Shown here: one piece after another, positions 51,252 to 64,000 of the stretch | How positions within the stretch are numbered: position 1 is the first letter of the stretch | Layout of the letters: each line of letters starts with the position of its first letter | Source: Ptychomitrium polyphyllum | Lineage: Eukaryota | Reading direction: 5' to 3' | NCBI GenBank assembly: GCA_973851085.1 | Contig: OZ316776.1 | Location: forward strand, 14,384,001 to 14,448,000 | Length of the DNA: 64,000 nt | Translations under genes and position numbers: made by a program | The notes under the pieces: model-generated | Seen by the model: the letters and a program-made list of their open reading frames with translations, nothing else | What the model was told of the DNA's origin: nothing | Database searches by the model: none

Positions 51252-54200
51252 TGTAACCCACCTTGACGAGACAGGTCACAGCCTCTCTAGGCATCAACGA
51301 TATTCTCAATCACTCCAAGCCTGTAGAAAGATAATTTGTTCACATTAGACACAGAACCAATACAATGCAGTGCACTCAATCGACTACAGCCTTGAGGTTC
51401 TTCAACGACGTGCAGCTGTGCACTATTACGCACGAATTTTGGAACAATGCAACAATGTATTGTTACCATACTCGTGCAGTGCACTGTTACTTCGCTGTGC
51501 AAAGTTGGGATTCGAGCAAAGCTGCGGCTTCCTTTCTGATACTGTTGTTGCATCGTCCCGTCAATAGTTTCTTTCAAGTCGACATATACTGATACAGCAT
51601 GTGCATCAGCAACGGCTGATTGGAACATACTGCGCATTGCATCATTCTAGAATTGCCCAGAAAATTCAATTATTTAGCATCGATCTGCGTGCTGCTTTTA
51701 CAATCGAACGAAACTTACGCCATCGCCCTGACTCTTCAGCCTTCGATCAAGGAACTCATTCAAGGCATGGTGGTCTTCCGATTTATCTCAACTCATTTCA
51801 ATGCTCGCTGTTGTTGACATACTGACCTGTGCTTGTATCAGTGTTAAGTAATGTGGGCAAAGAATGAAGATGTAATTAGTTACATTTGGCGCACACGCAT
51901 TCACTGATTACACAGAATAGAGTCTATACCTGCCTATACCAGTTCGGAGGCTATACCTGTCTGTAAGAAACTCTCTAAGAAAATATCCTTACTGAAAACA
52001 ATATGCATTAATGATGGCTCTTTAATCGTGCACGTACGTGGGGTGACTGAGCTTTGATTGAACTTTCACGATCATTGACTGGCACCATGTTCGACAATGA
52101 AGTGGCGCGTTCTCATACAAGTTGAATGTCGTTGTCCACGAAAGTATACAACCAATGAGAACTCACTAATTTAGACAAGTGGTGGCGTAAGATTTTACAT
52201 CCCCCTCGTGTCTGATCATCGTAACTGTACAGGAACAGATTTAGGACTACTATTTACTTTCATTCTTCTTCCGCATGTATGTGAATATTTCCCAACCACC
52301 ATTCAGTAAAGCATTCTTCTTCTCAGTGAGTCAGTATGTGTGTCTGTGTGCCTCACTTGCTTATGTCAATTAACAAGTGCTGAGTACAGTTGCCAGTTGT
52401 CCTGTCACCTGCCGGCGTCACACAAGCCGATTCAGATAATATTTTCACGGCTACGTACTGCTGTCGAGTCACGTCCCGGTATACGAGATAAAGTTATTCT
52501 AACTCTTTGAAGGTGCGTGAAGGTCGAGTTTCAGTCACCACATATCTTTCTCGCCGAAGTTTCAATATTGAAACTCCGGACGGTTAGTCATTTCGAGTAA
52601 AAGTCGTTGCACACATTGAGGATTTGACAGTCGAACGGCACGTCCAGTAAGGTACATCACAACACAAGTTCGCCTACCTCTATCCGAAAGCAGCATGTCT
52701 TCCAATATCGAATGAACAGTAAAACGCTCGAGCATGTGAACTAACAGATAATAAGTTCACAACAAGGCCCGTACGAAAGGATAATTGTTTGTGGAAAGCC
52801 AAGGGTCATGAGCCGGGTGACTTGGGGACGATGATCTGATGATGACATGATGAAGTTGTACCTATCGTAGGCCAATTCCAAGATTGATGTCACGCTGAAC
52901 GAGGTCATCACGCAATACAACTTTCAAGAATTGGAAGCTAGGAGGCGTTTCTCCATTGATATGAAGTTAACGCCGTCAACGTTGCTATGTAACCCACTGA
53001 TATTGCCGATCGAGTACAGGACAGCCTTCGACCCAAGTTCCAAAGTCGGACGGTTTGAGCTAGAACTTGGCAACTTGGTATGGGGACGGGTATGCATGAA
53101 CTAGGCCTTTTTCAGTCACAAGAATTAAGTTAAAGGCAACGGCGCAACACGAAGGTCCGTTGCAGAATGGACTTCCTAGCAGGTATGCGGCGAACGAGGA
53201 ACCGCGGGCTATTTACGCATGCATGCATGCAGAATGAATTGGTACGAAGCTTACCACCAGTGATAAAGAATCAACACACAAAGACAGAACTTAGCAAGTT
53301 AGCAGCAGATGGTCTGCCTGTGAAAATGAGAAGTGGACCGAGGAGAGAGCAAGTAAATTCGTTGTGAGATCAAACATGGCCTATTTGATTGTCGTGTTGA
53401 GAGTTTGTTAATTAAGGTAGTCTCCCAGACAGACCCAGATGAATCAAAGTTTGAAATGGAATAATTTCTTTTTGGTCCCCATTTTAGAAAAATGTCTTAA
53501 TCTTATTGAAAATCATATTTTTTAGATTTAGTATGAAGCTTGCTTACAAATTAAAGTTATGTTTTAAGTCCTACTTAAGACATAATCATACTTTATAACT
53601 CCAAATTATACTTTATAACTCCAAATTTGGGGTGTTGCAATGCTTGTGTTATAAATTGTTAAGGACTATTATTATAGAATGAACACACTTTATAGTAGTA
53701 GGTGATAAAGTTTTATTTAGTGAATAATTCTAATTGTTGGAATTGAAAGTAGTAGAATCCTAAATATAATGCTATGTACTCCAAGAACCATGAGAGAGGA
53801 AAATCTATAGCATTATGAAAGAGGAAAGTTTATAGCACTTAGAAGTCCATTTAACTTCAATTTTTTATTTTAGGCTTTGGTTTTGGTTTCAAGTTTTAAA
53901 AATTTTGTTTGTTAAAAAAGAACAATAGTTATGGTGAATACACCTTACAGTACTATAGCACAATTATAAATGCATGCCTTCTTATATCATGCCATGTATC
54001 CATAACAATCTAATTTATAAATAATATAAATAAATGTTCATTGCACATATATATCTCCAAATCATCAATAAATAGATCAAATTATAATAACCTAAGAAAT
54101 ATTATGAGTACTATAGGCCCAAAAAATGAATAGATATAAAACTATTTGCACTTTTTAATGCACAATATCTATGAATAAAGTTGTAATCTAAACGTAAGTA

Positions 54201-57200
54201 TTTTAAAGGTGAATTAGTACATTTGGCATTTAAATGGGAGGCGAGACCTTAGCAATTACATCATAAAAGATAGAATTTACAATATAAAACTTATGCTCAT
54301 CTTTAAAGCTCAACTTCAAATTCCATCAGTTTATTAAGATTGAACAGCTTGTAATCACCATCTTTAAAAACCATAAGCTATGAAAAGAATAATCACACTT
54401 CTAAAAACCATCAAAGTTGGAATGTGGTAGAATATGGATGAAAGAATGATACTTTATTGTGGATGGCGTAAAATAAAGTAAATGGTTGTGAATGGAATTG
54501 AGACTTTAAAATGTAAATTGCTTGCTGTAAAAGAGGTAGTAACAAAAGCAAAGCATTGTAATTGAATGAAAGTAATGTAAAGGTGTAAAATATACATACA
54601 TAGTGGCATAATAGCAATAAAATGTAATTATGATGAAAATAAACTTAATATATGGAAATTTTTAATTAAGATAATTGTACAAAGATTGGATAGTAGTAAC
54701 TATTTATTATTTGGAATGGTTAATGGTTATTGGCCCTTTGCAAAATACCTTATAAAAATTCATGATTAATTTGGATTTATTTGAAAATATATATATTTTT
54801 AATTATATTGCTATTCATATTTTTTTTTTTATCTACCAAATATTGTTCACACTTCACACATTAATCATCCAAAAGTTTCAAAACCAATTCCACTATATCC
54901 TTCAATTCAATTTTAAAATTTTTCCATCTTAAATGTAAACATTATAGAATCATGTCAACTTTATGTCACAATCCGACTTTCTTTTTAATCTAATCACCCT
55001 TTATACCAATTAATCAATGTAAACTTTGGTGCATAGTGCTTTTATATTCTAAATTTACAATTCTTTCTTCTTTATTTACAAATGGTGGATGGAACAAGGT
55101 TTATATAAAATCTAATACCTACCAATAATTTATCAAAAGCAAATACATACTTAATGAATAATAATAATGATACATTTCTAAAATGAATTAGAACAATTTT
55201 ATTTCAAATTAAAAATAATAAATTTCACACATTATTTTTAAATTGTTAAAAAATACAACACAACATGTATAATATATAACTGTTTTAATAAAAGTAATTG
55301 ACAAATTTTTTAGAAGAAATATCACTTAGTTTCCTTAAATTTTATGTTCAAAATAATTAAAACATTTATACAATTTCAAAATTATTGTACATATAAAAAT
55401 AGTTCAACAACAATGCCTTTGTTTTCATTCCATTTTTAATATTAAGATCTTAATTCTCCAAAAACATTTATTCATATTAAAAGATTATTACTTTTAAAAC
55501 GCAGCTAACATATAGAGTGGTCTAGCCACCATTAAATAATTATTTTGAAAGTGCCACATATTAACATGTTTTCAATTTGGATCTTTAATAAATATAATTT
55601 TTTATTAAATATAGTAATTATTTTGGTACTGAAGAGCCAAAACCACCCTTTAAATACCAAAATTGTTAAATTCATAATCAAATTTAAATTTTATATATTA
55701 TTAAAACTTTCAAAACTAATACCTTGTGATTTAAAAGTTTATTTCAAATTTTATGGAATTAAAATAAAATAAAAAACATAAACATATAGAATTGTACAAG
55801 TGTAAATGTGCAAAAAAAAGTTTATGATTTGCGAAGATTCAATGCACAGTGTACATTATATGAAAAGATTTTGAATGGAAATTTTGTTAAATTATAAAAA
55901 ACATATAGAAAGAATATTAAATGGTTCAAAATAATTACACTTTAGATTGGTAATATATAATTGTCATTTTTATTGTAAACACTTTTGTTTACAATTTAGC
56001 AATGAAAAAATGTTGAGGTAAATAAAGAAAGCATCATAAAATCTATATATTTGTAGACTATTAGCATTAAGATTATAAAACACCATCTTCATTAAACTGA
56101 GACATTTTAGAGTCTCAATTAATGACATTTAGGAGTCTTAAAATACTCATTTGTCTCAGTGTAACAAATATGAACATGTAAATTCAAAGAATATTTTTGT
56201 TTCTTAACTTTGAAAATTACATTATGGTTTCTTAGCAAGTTAGTAAGTTAGTAGATTCATCAATTCAACAAAATTTCAAATTAGAATCCTAATAAAAATT
56301 AAATACATAATGTATTTTGAATTCTTATAACAGCAAATACAAAGAATTTGATTTTTTGAAATTCATATATAGAAAAACTGCTAATTTAATATTCTGATTC
56401 ATATTATTTTATTGAATAGTTTCTTAATTTAGTAATGATATTTAACTGTAAAAACTATGTGGTCAGTGATTTCATTGTTAACATTGTTAAACAAACCTCA
56501 ATCAAAATTAGTTAGAAGATTGTGCATTTATTGTTTCAAGATTTTTAAAATATGAGGAAGAAAAAAAATTAATTAAAATACATAAGTACATGTATTTTCA
56601 AATTGAAAATTTCAATAAAAATAATATTATTTTGTCCCGAAATTAGGATTTTTATTTGTGTATTATTACATTTGTATAATAAGTATCTATTGTATTAATG
56701 AATCATTAATTCAAAGTAAAAATTCACGATTCTTACATTTTTAAAGTATGAGTTTTAATATTGAAATAGATTGATGAAAAAAATTGATAGATTAGAAGAG
56801 GTAAGAACTAAAAAAGTGTAAGGAAATGGATCAAAAGAAAAGTAAGACAAATCAATTACAACAAGGAGGAATAAGTAACATTAAAAATAATTTGAATAAA
56901 TTCCAAGACAATGTGGATAAATTTGAAAAAGAAGAAAAAGATAATTTACATACAAAAAAAGATATGAATAGATTTAAAGAGATGGATTACTTACATGAAG
57001 ATATTAAGAATTTTATAAATGAAAAGAACTTAAATTGTTATGAAGAAAAAGATATTTATGATTTTTTACATGAACATATGAAGGAACTACAAACTGGTAT
57101 AAATGAAGGCAAATCAAAATCAATGACCAAAAATAAGAAAAAGAATTATTTTTGAAGTCTTAGTGATAAAAAGAATTATATGAGCAAAAACAAATCAAAA

Positions 57201-58094
57201 TGGTTGGTCAAAGAAAAATACACAAAATAGTTTTTTAAAAGTCTTTATTATTTTAAGATATATAATTCCAATATCTTCAATTTTATTCTACAAAAAATTA
57301 AAGCATAAAATCCAAAAGTACAAGTTTTCTCAATAATACAACATTTAATAGTATTCATCATTAATAAATGATATATATAGAATGAGATAAAGAACATTCT
57401 ACAAAATAAATTTTATGGATTATGCTAAAAAAAATTTAATTATATACAAAAAAACATGTTCATTCTTTTACACAATGTTAAGGATCATTGGAAGCAAGTA
57501 TGGAAAAAAACAAATAAATAGTAGATAAATGAAAAAGAATTCAAATGGTTCAAAGGCACTTCAATAAATTCAAAAATGCTTTATAATTGTAATTGATGTT
57601 TACAAAGTATAAAGCTTATAATGTAGTTTTTTGTTTAAATGGGGTTTATAAACGTTTTGATTATGAAGCACAAGAAATATTCACTACTTCAGACTGTTGG
57701 TCAGTTTTTGTTTGAAGTATGCACTTTCATGGAAAAAAACATTTGTATTTGGCTCTGAGAAGGTGAGTTAATAGTTGATCCACGAAATTATATCTATTTA
57801 TTGAAACAACTTAATAATCCATATGAAATTACATCATTATGTGACCTTGTGAATTTGTATCAAATGTAAAGAATTTGCAAATGTGAAAAAATATTTGATT
57901 TCTGGAAAAAGCTCCATTGTGTTGTTTTTTATGTTATGGACCACTCAAGACCCAACATCTTTCAAAAAGACAGATATTTTAATTGGTAGCGTTGCCCTTG
58001 TGGTGGAACTTCTTTCAAAGAGCCGAAATTGGCATTTCCATAAAACTGGACATTGTTGATATATCCAAGTCAATGATGCTATCACAGGGCTTTT

Positions 58095-58136
<42 letters not shown>
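58095..58136. repeat. (TA)n microsatellite
   Basis: About 20 TA units with one C interruption. Confidence 0.95.
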
Positions 58137-58139
<3 letters not shown>

Positions 58140-60792
58140 AATAAATAAATAGGTTATCACATTTAGCATTTTATAATCCAAAGTGAAAATGGTTAGAATG
58201 ATGTCAATATCACTAGCAATCAATTAATAAGAATAACATACTAGTTGGTAAATCATTGGCAGCCCGCTTATAAGGAAACAAACATAAAGATATACATCTT
58301 GCAATATCTTGTATTCATATTCAACTTTAAGGGTATTTAACAAAGATTATAAAGATAAAACAACTCTTAAAAGAATATCCATGATACATTATACAAATGT
58401 TCTTGAAAAGACTTTTTAATTGTTTTTAGAACACTTTATATTATGTAGCAAAATATTTTGGATGTTTATTGAAGGTTATGGTAGAATTGGATTTCTTATA
58501 TTTCTAATTTCTGTAGTTAAAATGGACCCTATTTTAAAACTCACATAATTTTCCAAATTTCCAGTACTATTTTTTTTTCTTCTTTTTTCATGCAAAGTCT
58601 ATATAGTGTGACTAATTAAAAATGAATTAAAAAATTAAAAAAATATATAATATGTATTTTGATGTTTATTAATGTTGACTTAATCCAATTTTTATCTACT
58701 TCAAATCTACACATAATTGCAATAATTTTATAGATCAAATAATATTTCTCCTTTTTGAAGTACAATTTGACTGATTTAACTATAAATATGGTTTTTATTA
58801 ATTTGTAGTCTTTTCCAAAATATTAGACCATTTAATTCATGGATATTGTTGTTCTTTTTTAATATGACAAGTTTGAAAAACAAGAAAATTGTTGTATACT
58901 CAAAATGTTGCATTCTTGATTCTATGATATTTAGAGCATTTGATGTTGTATTATTGAAGTTTAGAAATTTTTACCTAAATAAATATGAAAACGCATTACA
59001 ATGGTTATCAAATATTGCAACAAGAAAAGTATACAAGAAGAGGGCTCTTATTTCCAATATTATTTATTTATAGTAGAAGAAGATTTTTCATTGAATCCTA
59101 ATGGCAAGCAATCTTAGCCACCACATTAGCCTTAATCGCCATTTTTTAATCCTAGCCGCCACTATTCTATTTGATTTAATTATCAATGAATGAAATATTA
59201 TATTTTTTTTAAATATTCTTCATTTTAGATGTAATTCATCTACAGTAAGCATTAGCTAAATTTCTTATATGAAAAATATTAGATTGCAATTGTCATATTA
59301 CAATGTATTATAATCATCCTATAAGAAGAGTTTTGAATTAGATGAATTGGTCAAACAAAAATGTATCATATAATCAAGGTTATTGTACAAGTAAGTGTTG
59401 TATTTAAAAGATTAGACTATAAATGCCTCCATTCTAACAAAATGATGGTTTTGATTTTTTGACATTAGCATCATTAAGTATAAATAACTATTATTATTAA
59501 TATCACCCATGAAAACAATATATTTCATGGTTGATTCATATTAATTTTACAATTTGCTTATAATAATTTCTACATTTACAAAAGAATAAAACTTAAAATT
59601 CTTCTAACATTATAAGAATTTTAATATCTATTTCTTATATTGAAATAATTGACTCTTAACAATTGTTTTACACACAAGTGTTTACTACATTTATAACATG
59701 GAGCTTGGATACTATTTGATGTTATAGTGAAATTCTACATTTAAGGTAGAAAGCACATTGAACACATACTTTCTTATATAAACTATCATTTATTTATTAT
59801 AAGAATGATGAATAAAATCAAATTGAGCAAATACAAAAATTATGATATACAACAAATATTACAATTTAAAAAAAAATCAAAGCAAAAATCAATCATGATC
59901 TAAAAGTAAATCAACTTCAAAATCAATCATCCATAAACTCAATGTTATTCTAGTTTTAAATGTCACTTAAATAAATTCAATGCTTTTCTTATTTTCCAAA
60001 ATCACAATCACTTTTAACATATTTGGCATGTTGAACACATTCCATTTAAGACTCACTTTCATTGAATTGTGAAAATTTAGCATTTAATATAAAGAATATT
60101 ATATTAGATGGCATTTGAAGATTTTAAATTAGACAAAACCTCATGACATTGTTGACCATTATAATTGATAGACTAGACGTTGTGATCTGAATAGTTGCAT
60201 CTGCTTTGCATGCTTTTGGAAATATGTGTCAATTCAATAAAAAGCAAAAATTATATTGCCAAATTGAATTATTTTCCACTTCAACTTCTTTGCATACAAT
60301 AAATTTGTCTTTTGAAAATACAGTCTTCCCAATTACGTGTGCTTCCACTGGATTGGACACAACACAACAATGTTGTTGCACACTGTATCAACTACCGAAA
60401 CACCATAAAGCCATTAAAAAAATTATTGTCATAATTCCAATCATTCTAGTAGAGACTTGTCAAATTTGTGTAAGAAAATGATAATAGATATTATAAAATT
60501 AAAAGAAAATTCCATGTATGATCATAGATATTTTATAATATTGCTATATTTAAATAATGATAATTATCTCTGGATTTTCAAATATATAATTGTAAAATTG
60601 TATTGGTACTATTTATTCACAATAAATTGAATAGTAAAATATTACTGCAAACCAAATATATGGTTCAAGGACCCAAAAATATTATGTGTTAGTGACCTTA
60701 GAAGCCAGAAGTTTTTTGTTACCAGATAGAAATGTAACAAGTACTTCGAAATCTACTCATTTTAAAATCTTCAGAAGGGCAGCATCTATGAC

Positions 60793-63700
60793 TCATGAGA
60801 GCCCCAAAACCATACCTGTCTCGAGGTCCATGTCAATATCGAAGAAGCAAGGCCGAGTTGGGAGACCTGGCATTGTGCTCATAGTGCCGATCAATGGGTA
60901 GATGAAACCTGCTCCTACGCTGGCTCTGACATCTCTGATAGGGAGAGTGAAGCCAGTAGGTACACCTTTTGCAGCTGCATTGTCTGAAAATGAGTACTGT
61001 GTCTTGGCGACACAGATTGGCAGATTCGTGAACCCTTGTCGTGTGTAAGTCTCAATCTGCTTCTCTGCCTGCCATTTGCCAAAACTGTGTCCTTCAATAA
61101 CTAAAAGATTTATGAAACTCGTGACAAAGGGAGCTGAGGGTACCCGAATGATAGCCACTGCAACTAGGACAAAAAATGGAGTACCAATAATGCTTATGAA
61201 AAATATTGCAAAGGATAGAGTGGGAGGTTCTGAAAAGTATATATGGATATATTCAGACTGCCAGCGAGGAGATCTATGTAAAACTGGGCTATATTTTGAA
61301 AAAGCTTACCTCAGGAGAGTATTCAACTCCTGCTGCACCGTAAGATTTTGCAATCGCTTCAATCTTCTCCTTGATGCTGATGTCAAGTGGGTACAGAAAC
61401 TTGAATTCTCCATTGTGCTGCTCACAAGCCTTCTGGACCGCCTTACCAAGCTCAACCTGACAGAACAAGATGAAATGACACCAGTTATTGGCCTAATCCC
61501 GAACCCGAGATAGCAAGAAAAAAGAAAAAACAATTGAGACTCTCAGAATACACTCAATCCTATGCACAAGATGACAAAAGTTACAACTGCACAGGAGAAA
61601 GTACAAGAGGATTAAGACTAGTTGAGTACCGCTCCAGCCCCTCCATGTGCATAATGTGTGCAAATCACAGCGTCTGACGCACCAGCTGCAATGGCAGCCT
61701 GCCTCACTGCCTGAAGCTCATCCTCAGTATCAGTAGCAAAAGCATTGACAGCAACCACCACATTCACACCATAACACTTGGTATTTTGGATGTGCTTCAC
61801 CATGTTTGCGCAGCCTTTCCTCACCAGCTCAACATTCTCAGTCTTGTATGTGTGATCCAGAGGCTTCCCTGCAACGACAGCGGGACCCCCACCATGCATC
61901 TTCAATGCCCTCACTGTGGCCACAATAACTGCACACTGAGGTGTCAACCCACTGAACCGGCACTTGATGTTGAAGAATTTCTCAACGCCAATATCAGATC
62001 CAAAACCAGCCTCAGTGACAACAAAACCCTCAGGTCCAACTAGCTTAAGAGCAATCTGATCTGCCACAACTGAGGAATTTCCGTGGGCAATGTTGGCGAA
62101 CGGCCCTGCATGCACTAACACAGGGGTTCCCTCCAGGGTTTGCATCAAAGTAGGATGGATTGCATCCTTCATGAGGACAGTCAGCGCCCCTCCAATACCC
62201 AAGTCATCAGCAGTGACAGGGTCTCCTCCTCGGCTGGTGCCAACCACCATGTTACCTAACCGTTCTCTCATGTCGCCAATGGAGGTGGTGAGAGCCAAGA
62301 CAGCCATAATCTCACTCCCAACAGCAATGTCAAAACCTGTCTCCCTTGTCATGCCCTTTTCATCTGGACCTTGGCCAACAGTAATTTTCCTAAGAAAGCG
62401 GTCATTGACGTCGAGAACTCGTTTCCAGGTGATGAGCTCTGGGTCGAGATCCAACCTCACGAACTTCTTCACTTCCTCTGGTGTCAGTTCGTTGGGGTCA
62501 GTTTTGTCGATTCCAAGCTTCTTCAAACGCTTGAGCATGACCTTGGCGAACGTACGCTTCTTGTCCTTATCGGCAGGACATAATCTGTTCAAAAGAGCTT
62601 TGTCTGACTGCGTCGCCTCATGAAACATGCGAGCATCAATAGCTGCGGCCAACAAGTTGTTGGCAGCGGTGATGGCGTGGATGTCACCTGTTGCATAGAA
62701 ATCACTGTTAGTAGCAGCTTAACCATCACAAAAACTGGAACAATATGAAGGAATACTTTCGCCACAAACGATAACAGAAGTAGCGATGAGTTTCCAATAC
62801 GCTCCTACAAAACTTGGTACCCATGTCAATTTGGCAGTGGCTACTAAATGAGCGGTCCTCTGATTGAATTCTAGTCGCCTTGGCTATTTACCTGTCATGT
62901 GAAGATTGAACTCATCCATAGGAATGACTTGACTGTAACCCCCGCCTGCTGCACCTCCTTTGATCCCGAATGTGGGACCCTGACTTGGTTGCCTGATGCA
63001 GGTCACCACCTGAAAGCCCCACAAATTCAATCATCAAGCAGCCCCTAAGTAGGAAAACCAAGAGCATAGCTGACATATTCGCATCAATAGCTGATGAGAA
63101 CAAGAAACATTCACTAATGTGAATCTGGGGGTTTGAGATAAAGTATCATTCTATTGATGAGCTTGTAAATGTACCTTTTTCCCAAGATAAGCTCCAAGAG
63201 CTTGGCATAGTCCGACAGTTGTGGTAGACTTTCCTTCTCCTAAAGGCGTAGGCGTAATACCCCCAACAACTACATAGTAACCATTCGGCGCGCTTCCAAG
63301 CCTGTCCAGAGTAGAGAGAAGGACCTGCATTACCATACGGCCACTTGTTATAATAGAAAACGGAGTTTTCATTTCAAAAGCAAAACTGACATTAATCCAG
63401 TAATGTGCCTTCATGTTATCCCTCGTCAACAGTTATCGTACATTCATAAGCTACTGTAAACCTCATTAGTTATACTCAAATCAACATCTACACCAGCCGG
63501 CATTATACGCAGCGAAGCTCGACGGATCGTCACCATAACGATCTAAGACCACTCAACCTCACACCAGAAGTACTGTAGAGTACTTCAAGAAATCTGCCTC
63601 AAAGCTCCAACCCCATGTGAAGAAGGGAAAAACCGAATCAATCAGTCAATCAACCGAACAACCAAACAATCACCTTAGCTTTGGACTTGCCATAGCAATC

Positions 63701-63826
63701 GTACTCCTCGGGATTCAGGCCCAGCTCCTCAGCGACGGTCGCAATATGCAGCGCCTTGACGGAATTGGCCACGTCGATGTCGGCCGGCACAGGGCTGACA
63801 ACCTCCAGCTTCCTGATGGTAGCCAT
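60793..63826 (-). CDS. FTHFS: Formate--tetrahydrofolate ligase, ~633 aa; exons 63826-63674, 63324-63175, 63009-62892, 62687-61630, 61456-61310, 61068-60793
   Basis: [73 protein letters not shown]; exon lengths sum to 1902 nt in frame. Confidence 0.98.
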
Positions 63827-64000
63827 ATCGTGTGCGATAATGGAAAACCCCACTCTTCAATTGGAAAACCCTCCTGCAGTCAACCGCGACTCCCGCCGTC
63901 CAGGGGGATAATTCGGCAGGAGGGGCCACAAGCGCGCGGGGGGTGAGCGTGGGGTGAGCGAGGGGTGGATGAGGGAGTCACTGCCACTGGAACGGGAAGG

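Noticed and set aside
53217..53231. GCATGCATGCATGCA RY-like motif
   Set aside because: Short repeat about 2 kb from the nearest start codon, with no supporting evidence.
56826..57155. 109-aa Lys/Asn-rich ORF in AT-rich DNA
   Set aside because: Composition is explained by A-rich sequence; no domain or splice support.

Overview
Eukaryotic nuclear DNA from a land plant. It is most likely a moss such as Physcomitrium, inferred from gene content, AT-rich intergenic DNA and moss-type Ty3/gypsy elements, not verified. The first 11.3 kb is a three-level nest. An old, decayed minus-strand Ty3/gypsy element is split inside its RT by a full-length plus-strand chromovirus (969-9141: LTRs, PBS, PPT, 5-bp TSD), whose gag carries a 447-bp non-retroviral insert. 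The two LTRs of the inner element differ by about 12% over their first 200 bp but are nearly identical over the remaining 940 bp. The rest is a gene island. Spliced genes reconstructed by hand: a coiled-coil protein resembling the ciliary protein IQCE, a BTB-NPH3 (NRL) protein ending in WRNSIS, an EFFECTOR OF TRANSCRIPTION GIY-YIG protein, RCI2/PMP3, an ASCC1-like KH plus 2H-phosphoesterase gene with a candidate U12 intron, a GT37 fucosyltransferase with a candidate GC-AG intron, and formate-tetrahydrofolate ligase. There is also an OPR pseudogene and an intronless secreted SPH-like ORF. Several exact palindromes, inverted repeats and short tandem repeats lie between or near genes. Family assignments come from motif recognition and recalled sequences; no searches were run.
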